Below, piece by piece: positions 1-6,290 of a stretch of DNA of 12,794 bases. The DNA comes from Elusimicrobiales bacterium (GTDB lineage Bacteria; Elusimicrobiota; Elusimicrobia; Elusimicrobiales; UBA9959): positions 1-12,794 of the forward strand of contig JBMFKQ010000036.1 of NCBI GenBank assembly GCA_049972095.1, in the 5' to 3' direction. Both the position numbers and the translations under genes were made by a program. Below the pieces are notes generated by a model. It was not told the DNA's origin. It saw only the letters and a program-made list of their open reading frames with translations, and did not search any database. Each line of letters opens with the position of its first letter. Positions within the stretch are counted from its first letter, which is position 1.

Positions 1-2
1 TT

Positions 3-2372
3 GAAAAAGGTAAAATAAAGATATTTATGACCGAAAAATATCAAATATATAAAGAAAGTCTACATAAAGATAATGGAGAATTTATAGAAAAAATAAAGAT
101 AGAGAAGTATGAGGAGGTGGAAAGGGAAAGGAATAGAATAAATGCTGAAATTGAGTTAATAAAAAAAACCTACACAGAAGAACTTGAAAAAAACAAATCA
201 GCCTTACACAAGATATATCATGAAAAACTTGAGCTGATTTCAAAAACACTTAAAGATAAATATGAATCTGAGATGATGGAACTTAAAAACAAAATAAACC
301 AAAAGATGGAGGAGAAACTTGCAGAAGAAAAGAAAGAGCTTACAATAAAATTAAAAGAGGAGTATGAAGAAAAAATAAGAAGATTGCTCAAAGAAAAAGA
401 GGATGAGATAATATCTCTTAGAGAACAATTTGAGCAAGAACTTAAAATTACTAAAGAAAAATATGAATTAAAAATAAGAGAGATTGAAAATGAGAAAAAA
501 CTTAAGGAAGAGGAGATAAAAAAAATATATCTTTCCCATGAGAAAGCCATAGCTGAAATAAAACACGACTATGAAAGGGAGATTGAAATTATAAAAAAAG
601 ACTTTGAAAATAAATTAGAGATCCTCTATAAAGAAACAGAGCTTAAAAAACAGGAGTTTGAAAAAAGATATAGCGAAAAAGAAATTGAACTTAAAAATCA
701 AAAAGAAGCTCTTGATGTAAAGCACAGAGAACTTGATGAAAAGATAAAGGAAGTTAATGAATATAGAATAAGCGTTAGTAAAGAGTTTGAAGAAAAACTC
801 AAAGAAACCGAAGAGTTTTATAAAAACCTTTTAGAAAATGAAATAAAGGCTTTATCAACAAAGTTTGAGGATGAAAAAAATATATTGAGCAGAAATATAG
901 AAACTAATGAGGAAATAATAAACAAGCTAAAAGAAGAAAATGAAAGACTTAGCATAGAAATAAAAGATTTAACTCTTATAAAGCATGAGCTTGAAGAAAA
1001 ACTATCAAAAATGTTTATTGAAAAAGAAAAGGAAAAAAAGATAATTGAAATGGAATATATAAATAAAATGAATCAGACTATTAGCTCAAACATATATGAA
1101 ATCTCACAAAACTTTATCCAAACCTCAAACCAACTTCAACAGCAGATAAAAGAATCACTTCCAAAAATAATTCTTCTTCTTAGAGATTCATACATTAACT
1201 CCTTTTCTTTCATAACAGAGATCCCACAGATTATAAAAACTGAGTTTGAGAAAATAGGCAATCAACTTAAGGAAAAAATAAAAGAAGAACATATGAGTTT
1301 TGAAAAAATGTTATCAGAAATTGATCTGACTTTTAGAAAAGAGAAAGAAAGATTTGCTCAAGAAAATGAAAAAAAATTTAATATCATTAAGGAAAACTAT
1401 ACTCATCTACTTGAAAGCAAAAATGAGGAGATAAACTCTCTTTTAGAAAGAATTAAAGAGCTTGAAAAAAAACTTACAGACTCCTCTCTAACATCCATAG
1501 AGCTTGAAAATGAGACAGATGAGATAAAAAATCTATTAAAGATGAAAGAGGCGGAAGCAGAAAAGTATAAAAACATAACACAGACACTTACATTAAAAAT
1601 AAACGAGCTTGTAAATAGATTGAGTGAGGCAGAGAAAGAAAAATCTGAGGTATTTGTTAGACTCAATATTGAAATATCAGACATAAAAAAGGCTCTTGAA
1701 GATGAATATGAAAAAAGATTAAAAGAAATAACACAGCAATATGTGAATCAAATATTAAAAATCGCGCCGGGATTTTCACAAACCTCACAAAAAATAATAA
1801 ACTCCATAAATGAGATCTTGCAAGAGATTGAAAGAAGATATATCACTCATATAGATGAGATAAAAAGAACATATGATGAGAGAGAGAAAAAGATCGCCGA
1901 GTGGCTTGATGAAATATTCAATATAAAAAATAATGAGATGAAAAGCAGGTATGAGCTTAGAGAGATGCTTTATAAAAACTATCTTGAAAAAAGAGAAGAA
2001 GAGGAAGAAAAAAACATTGCAATTAAAAAAGAAATTGAAGATTTGAAACAGGAGCTTAAAAGAAAAAAAGAAGAACTTAATGAAAGGATATTAGAACAGC
2101 AAAAAATAACTAAAGAGATTGAAGAAAGATATAATAAAGAATTTGAAGAAAAGAAAAAAGAACTTGAGTACGAATATAAAATAAAATTTGAAAAACTATC
2201 AAAAGAAAAACAAACCCTTGAAAAATTAATGGAACAGGAAAAAGAAATAATCAAAAGCTATGAGGATAGAAAAAAGGAGCTTGAAGAAAAGTTTCTTATA
2301 AGAAAGGAAGAGCTTGAGATAGAGTATAAAACCCTTATAGAAAAGATCAAAAAACAAGAAAACGAAAAATAG
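3..2372 (+). CDS. Giant E/K-rich coiled-coil protein, 5'-truncated by the window (at least 789 aa visible), function unknown
   Basis: The frame is open from base 3 (EKGKIKIF precedes the ATG at 27), so the true start is probably upstream. The protein is dominated by E/K/I/L with almost no Pro/Gly and no Cys. Aromatic residues recur at 11/15/22 spacing. No ATPase or other catalytic motif is visible. Stop TAG at 2370-2372. Confidence 0.85.
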   Translation, partial: EKGKIKIFMTEKYQIYKESLHKDNGEFIEKIKIEKYEEVERERNRINAEIELIKKTYTEELEKNKSALHKIYHEKLELISKTLKDKYESEMMELKNKINQKMEEKLAEEKKELTIKLKEEYEEKIRRLLKEKEDEIISLREQFEQELKITKEKYELKIREIENEKKLKEEEIKKIYLSHEKAIAEIKHDYEREIEIIKKDFENKLEILYKETELKKQEFEKRYSEKEIELKNQKEALDVKHRELDEKIKEVNEYRISVSKEFEEKLKETEEFYKNLLENEIKALSTKFEDEKNILSRNIETNEEIINKLKEENERLSIEIKDLTLIKHELEEKLSKMFIEKEKEKKIIEMEYINKMNQTISSNIYEISQNFIQTSNQLQQQIKESLPKIILLLRDSYINSFSFITEIPQIIKTEFEKIGNQLKEKIKEEHMSFEKMLSEIDLTFRKEKERFAQENEKKFNIIKENYTHLLESKNEEINSLLERIKELEKKLTDSSLTSIELENETDEIKNLLKMKEAEAEKYKNITQTLTLKINELVNRLSEAEKEKSEVFVRLNIEISDIKKALEDEYEKRLKEITQQYVNQILKIAPGFSQTSQKIINSINEILQEIERRYITHIDEIKRTYDEREKKIAEWLDEIFNIKNNEMKSRYELREMLYKNYLEKREEEEEKNIAIKKEIEDLKQELKRKKEELNERILEQQKITKEIEERYNKEFEEKKKELEYEYKIKFEKLSKEKQTLEKLMEQEKEIIKSYEDRKKELEEKFLIRKEELEIEYKTLIEKIKKQENEK

Positions 2373-2386
2373 GACTAAGGTCCTAT
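2369..2386. promoter_or_regulatory. Perfect dyad ATAGGAC-TAAG-GTCCTAT, candidate operator upstream of the peptidase promoter
   Basis: 7-bp perfect inverted repeat with 4-nt spacer, ending 21 bp upstream of the predicted -35. No U-tract follows on the + strand. Confidence 0.45.
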
Positions 2387-2407
2387 AAAATACCTTCCCA
2401 TATTTAC

Positions 2408-2437
2408 TTGAGAAGCATAAAAGAAATGAATTATAAT
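2408..2437 (+). promoter_or_regulatory. Putative sigma70 promoter of the clostripain-family gene
   Basis: TTGAGA (2408-2413), N18, TATAAT (2432-2437), followed by SD AAGGAGG (2457-2463) before ATG 2468. Confidence 0.55.
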
Positions 2438-2467
2438 ATAAATAAAGAATTCAAACAAGGAGGAAAG

Positions 2468-3820
2468 ATGGTAAAACTAATAAGTGTGGTATTAATGTTT
2501 GGGGTGGGACTTTCTGCAGAGATAAACTTCGATGGGACAAAAACAACAAATATCCCCCTGTCTACAAAAAATGATATTCAGCTTCCTCAGGTAAAGTCAA
2601 GCAGCACAAAAACACTAAAAGAATGGACCATAATGGTTTATCTCAATGCAAAAAATGATCTTGAACCCTATGGAATAAAAGACATAAATGAGATGGAAAA
2701 GGTTGGGTCAAATGATAATCTAAACATCGTCGTTCAGTTTGGAAGAATTAAAGGATATGACTCATCAAACGGGAACTGGACTGGAGTAAGAAGATATTAT
2801 ATAACAAAAGACAATGATCCTAACATCATAAATTCACAGTTGATTGAGGATATGGGTGAAGTGGATATGGGATCATATAAAACCCTTATAGATTTTGGAA
2901 AATGGGTAAAGAAAAACTATCCCGCAGCAAAATACTTCCTTATAATATGGAATCATGGAAGTGGCTGGAAGAAGGGTTTCAACCAACAGCTTACAAGAGG
3001 TATATCCTATGATGAGGTAAGCAAAAACCACATAAACACACCTCAGCTTGGCAGAGCACTTAATGAGATAGGAAGGGTTGATATAGTAGGTTTTGATGCA
3101 TGCCTTATGTCAATGGCTGAGGTTATCTATGAAATAAAAGATTATGCATCATATATTATAGCCTCAGAAGAGACGGAGCCTGGAGATGGATATACATATG
3201 ATGAGTTTCTATCAAAGCTTGAGCAAGAACCAACCATGCGCCCCCTTGATCTTGCAAAGGCAGTTGTTGATGCCTACATAACACATTATCAAGCAACTGG
3301 TGATGGCTCAACTCAGGCAATAATAAGGACAAGCCAGATAAATGATTTTCTCCAAATAGTAAACGAGTTTGCATATGCTTTAAGCAAGCTTGGGGACAAG
3401 AACCTTATAAGATCAGCAGTATCAAAAACACAGACATATGCAATGAGCGACAGTAAGGATCTTGCTCACTTTGCCTCTCTTATATACTCATCAACATCAG
3501 ATACTACTGTTAAAGAGAAGGCAAAGACGTTGTATAAGTTTATAAAAAACAAGCTTGTTGCTTACAACAAATACACAAATGGAGGATATTCATACTGGGG
3601 AGGTGGAAGCGACTATTCAAACTCAAATGGAGTTGCAATATATATTCCTTCCTATTCAATAGCACAAGGATACAGTGAACTTCAGTGGGCAAAATACTCA
3701 AACTGGGATGAGTTTCTTGGGTGGTATCTTGGAAAAGACTCACCATCAACCAGCTCACAATCTCAACCCTCTTCTGCCGACACAGTAAGGTGGTATGAGT
3801 GGCTGTTTGGTTTAGAATAA
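2468..3820 (+). CDS. Secreted clostripain-family cysteine peptidase (MEROPS C11), 450 aa
   Basis: Family motifs KEWTIMVYLNAKNDL, DINEMEKVGS, E.DMG, catalytic His in WNHGSGW, catalytic Cys in GFDACLM, ASEETEPGDG. Signal-peptide-like N-terminus MVKLISVVLMFGVGLSA. The start is reassigned from TTG 2408 to ATG 2468 because of the strong SD. Confidence 0.9.
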   Translation: MVKLISVVLMFGVGLSAEINFDGTKTTNIPLSTKNDIQLPQVKSSSTKTLKEWTIMVYLNAKNDLEPYGIKDINEMEKVGSNDNLNIVVQFGRIKGYDSSNGNWTGVRRYYITKDNDPNIINSQLIEDMGEVDMGSYKTLIDFGKWVKKNYPAAKYFLIIWNHGSGWKKGFNQQLTRGISYDEVSKNHINTPQLGRALNEIGRVDIVGFDACLMSMAEVIYEIKDYASYIIASEETEPGDGYTYDEFLSKLEQEPTMRPLDLAKAVVDAYITHYQATGDGSTQAIIRTSQINDFLQIVNEFAYALSKLGDKNLIRSAVSKTQTYAMSDSKDLAHFASLIYSSTSDTTVKEKAKTLYKFIKNKLVAYNKYTNGGYSYWGGGSDYSNSNGVAIYIPSYSIAQGYSELQWAKYSNWDEFLGWYLGKDSPSTSSQSQPSSADTVRWYEWLFGLE

Positions 3821-3858
3821 CCTAAAATTCTTCAGCAACTTTATAAAATTATATAATA

Positions 3859-3930
3859 GGGCGGTTAGCTCAAGGGTAGAGCGTTCGCCTCACACGCGAA
3901 AGGTCAGAGGTTCAAATCCTCTACCGCCCA
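3859..3930 (+). tRNA. tRNA-Val, anticodon CAC; CCA end not encoded
   Basis: Cloverleaf: acceptor GGGCGGT/ACCGCCC plus discriminator A, D-arm GCTC-AAGGGTA-GAGC, anticodon arm TTCGC-CTCACAC-GCGAA, variable loop AGGTC, T-arm AGAGG-TTCAAAT-CCTCT. Followed by GCC, not CCA. Confidence 0.97.
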
Positions 3931-4977
3931 GCCCGAGTTTATTTTCCCATTATTTTTACAAAACCTAAGAGAAAGCTGCCCACATGCACCTTCTACATCA
4001 CTTGCATAGCTTTTTCTTACTGTAGTTTCAATCCCAAGAGAAAGAAGAAGGTTTTGAAACCTTAAAATATTCTTACAAGATGGAGATTTAAATCTATTGC
4101 TGACATAGTTATATGGTATAAGATTTACTGTAAAATATTTAAGATCAGCAACAGATTTTAAAAAATCCTTGAGTCGGTAGGCATCCTTTATTCCTGTATT
4201 TATTCCATTAAGAAGAACATACTCTATAAAAACCTTTCTTGATGTTATATTTATATAATCAGATAATGCCTTTGCAAGCTTAGAAAGAGGATATTTTAAT
4301 GCCATTGGAACAAGCATATTTCTTACGCTTTCTTGTGCTGAATGAACAGAAACCGCCAAATTAACCTGAGGAAAATCCCTTGCAAAGTCCATTATCCTTG
4401 GCAGATAACCAAATGTCGATACAGATATATTTCTTTTTCCTATATTAAGAAGTTTATTTATCATCTTTATACTTTCACAAAGATTTTCATAATTCATAAA
4501 CGGCTCACCCATACCCATATAAACCACCCTTCTCACATCACCAGTATTTTTAGATACAAGGAAATATCTTGAAAAAAGAATCTGATCAAAAATCTCTTCA
4601 TAGTTTAAATTCCTCTTAAGTCCTTTCTTACCAGAAGCACAAAAAACACACCTCACAGCACAGCCTGCTTGAGATGAAAGACAGACAACCCATTCATTTT
4701 GAGAATTTTTAAAGATCGATGTTTCTATAACATACAAGTCTTTAAGCTCAAATGCAAATTTAAAAGAATTCTTTTCTGGTGATTCAAAAACCTTTACCTT
4801 TTTAAAAGAGAAAAAATTCTTATCTTCTGAAAGTTTTCTCCTAAGTTCATAAGGTATATTTTTTATATCCCAGAATGATCCAGCTTTACCACTAAAAACC
4901 CAGTCCTTTATCTGTTTAACTCTGTAGACAGGATATCCCCATTCTAAAATATGTTTTTCAATACTTTTAATATCCAT
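3904..4977 (-). CDS. rlmN: RlmN/Cfr-family radical SAM RNA methyltransferase, probable 23S rRNA m2A2503/tRNA m2A37 methyltransferase RlmN, 357 aa
   Basis: CLSSQAGCAVRCVFCASG (CxxxCxxC plus the upstream conserved Cys), YMGMGEP, VNLIPYN and C-terminal ACGQL. N-terminal YRVKQIKDW is typical of the family, so ATG 4977 is preferred over the 5094 start in the ORF track. Confidence 0.88.
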   Translation of the reverse strand: MDIKSIEKHILEWGYPVYRVKQIKDWVFSGKAGSFWDIKNIPYELRRKLSEDKNFFSFKKVKVFESPEKNSFKFAFELKDLYVIETSIFKNSQNEWVVCLSSQAGCAVRCVFCASGKKGLKRNLNYEEIFDQILFSRYFLVSKNTGDVRRVVYMGMGEPFMNYENLCESIKMINKLLNIGKRNISVSTFGYLPRIMDFARDFPQVNLAVSVHSAQESVRNMLVPMALKYPLSKLAKALSDYINITSRKVFIEYVLLNGINTGIKDAYRLKDFLKSVADLKYFTVNLIPYNYVSNRFKSPSCKNILRFQNLLLSLGIETTVRKSYASDVEGACGQLSLRFCKNNGKINSGWAVEDLNL

Positions 4978-4984
4978 AAATCTT

Positions 4985-4990
4985 ATTATA
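4985..4990 (-). promoter_or_regulatory. Putative -10 element (TATAAT) of rlmN, probably giving a leaderless mRNA
   Basis: The minus strand reads TATAAT-AAGATTT-ATG, with 7 nt between the -10 and the start codon and no SD. No convincing -35. Confidence 0.5.
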
Positions 4991-4996
4991 CCTAAA

Positions 4997-5025
4997 TTGA
5001 CTTTAAACAAAAAAACTTGTATTAT
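4997..5025 (+). promoter_or_regulatory. Putative sigma70 promoter of infC
   Basis: TTGACT (4997-5002), N17, TATTAT (5020-5025): each hexamer is one mismatch from consensus, with optimal spacing. Predicted TSS about 5031-5033. Confidence 0.7.
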
Positions 5026-5032
5026 AAAGTAT

Positions 5033-5071
5033 ATGAGTTTTTTCATATCCCTGTGTTTGCTTCTAAAATGA
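5033..5071 (+). other. Candidate leaderless uORF1, MSFFISLCLLLK (12 aa), in the infC leader
   Basis: ATG lies 7 nt after the -10. Its TGA (5069-5071) overlaps ATG 5068-5070. Confidence 0.4.
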
Positions 5072-5112
5072 ACAAATCCCTTCACATACTTCAAATAAGG
5101 AGGATAACTTGA
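5068..5112 (+). other. Candidate uORF2, MNKSLHILQIRRIT (14 aa), coupled to infC
   Basis: Starts in the ATGA overlap with uORF1, reads through the infC SD, and its TGA (5110-5112) overlaps the infC TTG (5109-5111). Confidence 0.4.
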
Positions 5113-5621
5113 GCCAAAAGAACTACAGAGTTAATAATCAAATAAAGGTTCCTCAGGTGAGACTGATATCCCCTGACGGGACGATGATAGGGATAAAACA
5201 GACATATGAAGCTCTTAATATGGCAAAAGCTATGGGGCTTGATCTTGTTGAAATATCCCCTACAGCAAACCCACCAGTTTGCAAGATAATGGATTATCAT
5301 AAATTTCTTTACGAAGAAGATAAGAAAGAGAAAGAAAACAAAAAAAAGCAGAAGGAAAGTATTGTTAAGGAAATAAGAATAAACCCAAGAATTGCACAGC
5401 ATGATCTTGAGACAAAAATAAGACACATAGAAGGTTTTATAAATCACAGAAATAGAGTAAGGATTGTTATAACTCTTCATGGAAGAGAGATACAACACAA
5501 AGAGATAGCTGAATCAATAATTAATCAGATAAAGGAAAGACTCTCAGCTATTGCAGAACAAGAAGGAAATACAAATGATACAGCTAATAAAATGATAATA
5601 ATGCTAAAGCCAAAAAAGTGA
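5109..5621 (+). CDS. infC: Translation initiation factor IF-3, 170 aa, TTG start
   Basis: RVNNQI..PQVRLI, GLDLVEISPTANPPVCKIMDY, KEIRINPRIAQHDLETK and GRE motifs. SD AAGGAGG at 5097-5103, 5 nt before the TTG. Confidence 0.97.
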   Translation: MSQKNYRVNNQIKVPQVRLISPDGTMIGIKQTYEALNMAKAMGLDLVEISPTANPPVCKIMDYHKFLYEEDKKEKENKKKQKESIVKEIRINPRIAQHDLETKIRHIEGFINHRNRVRIVITLHGREIQHKEIAESIINQIKERLSAIAEQEGNTNDTANKMIIMLKPKK

Positions 5622-5688
5622 ATTTGTTCTGTCTCTCAAACTCCTAAAAGGATTTTTATTTCCCTTAGGGATTTGAAAGGGGCAAGTT
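5621..5688 (+). terminator. Long imperfect stem-loop between convergent infC and marC (possible terminator or 3' structure)
   Basis: TCAAA-C-TCCTAA (5636-5647) pairs with TTAGGG-A-TTTGA (5665-5676), extended by TGTCTC/GGGGCA with G-U pairs. The U-tract is weak. Confidence 0.45.
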
Positions 5689-6288
5689 TCATCTAAGGCT
5701 TGCAACAAAATTTGAAATCCCATTAAGCATCATCTTAACAGAAAGGGTTATAAGGATCATTCCCATAAGCTTTTCAACAGCCTGCATCCCTTTATAACCA
5801 AGAAAGCGTGATATCGGTGATGAAAAAACAAGGATTACAACATTCAAAAGCCAGGCTATTATTATTATAACAAGCCATATAAAAAAGTTTCCAGGATCCC
5901 TAAGATTGTATATAAGTATCATACTTAACACAGAAGGACCAGCTATAAGTGGAATAGCAAGAGGAACAATAAACGGCTCCTCCTTTGCATCAAAAAGAGG
6001 ACTTTCTTTTGAGGGAAATATCATTGAAAGGGCAATAAGAAAAAGAACTATCCCCCCGGCAATGGATATTGATATTATGTCTATAGAAAAGAAGCTCACG
6101 ATCCATTTACCAAAAAGGAAAAAGAAAAGCATTATAGCAAGAGCAAAAAAAAGCTCCCTTATTATTATCCTCTGCCTTTTCTCCTCCCTAACATTTTTAA
6201 GCACAGATATAAATAAAGGAATATTGCCAAGAGGATCCATAACTATTGTAAGGGTAACAATAGCAGAAAAAAACTCAGAAATACTCAT
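5689..6288 (-). CDS. marC: MarC-family (NAAT/YhgN-like) inner membrane protein, 199 aa
   Basis: DPLGNIPLF, IAGGIVLFLIA, VPLAIPLIAGP and EKLMGMIL motifs, with about six hydrophobic segments. Starts 2 nt after the gyrA stop. Confidence 0.88.
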   Translation of the reverse strand: MSISEFFSAIVTLTIVMDPLGNIPLFISVLKNVREEKRQRIIIRELFFALAIMLFFFLFGKWIVSFFSIDIISISIAGGIVLFLIALSMIFPSKESPLFDAKEEPFIVPLAIPLIAGPSVLSMILIYNLRDPGNFFIWLVIIIIAWLLNVVILVFSSPISRFLGYKGMQAVEKLMGMILITLSVKMMLNGISNFVASLR

Positions 6289-6290
6289 TT

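Noticed and set aside
852..860. Isolated TTATCAACA inside the coiled-coil gene (another at 11142-11150 in gyrB)
   Set aside because: Single intragenic copies are plausible by chance at this AT content and are not clustered.
218..2254. Minus-strand ORFs 218-550, 1403-1684 and 1979-2254
   Set aside because: Ser/Phe/Leu-rich antisense shadows of the GAA/AAA-rich coiled-coil gene, with no motifs.
3..2372. SMC/SbcC/RecN or phage tape-measure identity for the coiled-coil protein
   Set aside because: The C-terminus lacks the ABC signature and Walker B motifs, and there are no phage genes nearby.
2408..2467. 20-aa N-terminal extension of the peptidase from TTG 2408
   Set aside because: It coincides with the promoter and SD; ATG 2468 has a strong SD and yields a signal peptide.
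3841..3857. AT palindromes and TATAAT just upstream of the tRNA
   Set aside because: TATAAT at 3852-3857 is too close to the mature 5' end. TAAAAT at 3844-3849 is possible but has no -35, and such palindromes are expected in AT-rich DNA.
3156..4572. ORFs 3156-3374 (-), 3540-3758 (-) and 4342-4572 (+)
   Set aside because: Antisense to well-supported genes, with no recognisable motifs.
4978..5094. 39-aa N-terminal extension of RlmN
   Set aside because: It spans both promoters and the infC leader; family resemblance begins at MDIKS.
3900..5100. Genomic island integrated at the tRNA 3' end
   Set aside because: No duplicated tRNA 3' end, no integrase, and the downstream genes are housekeeping.
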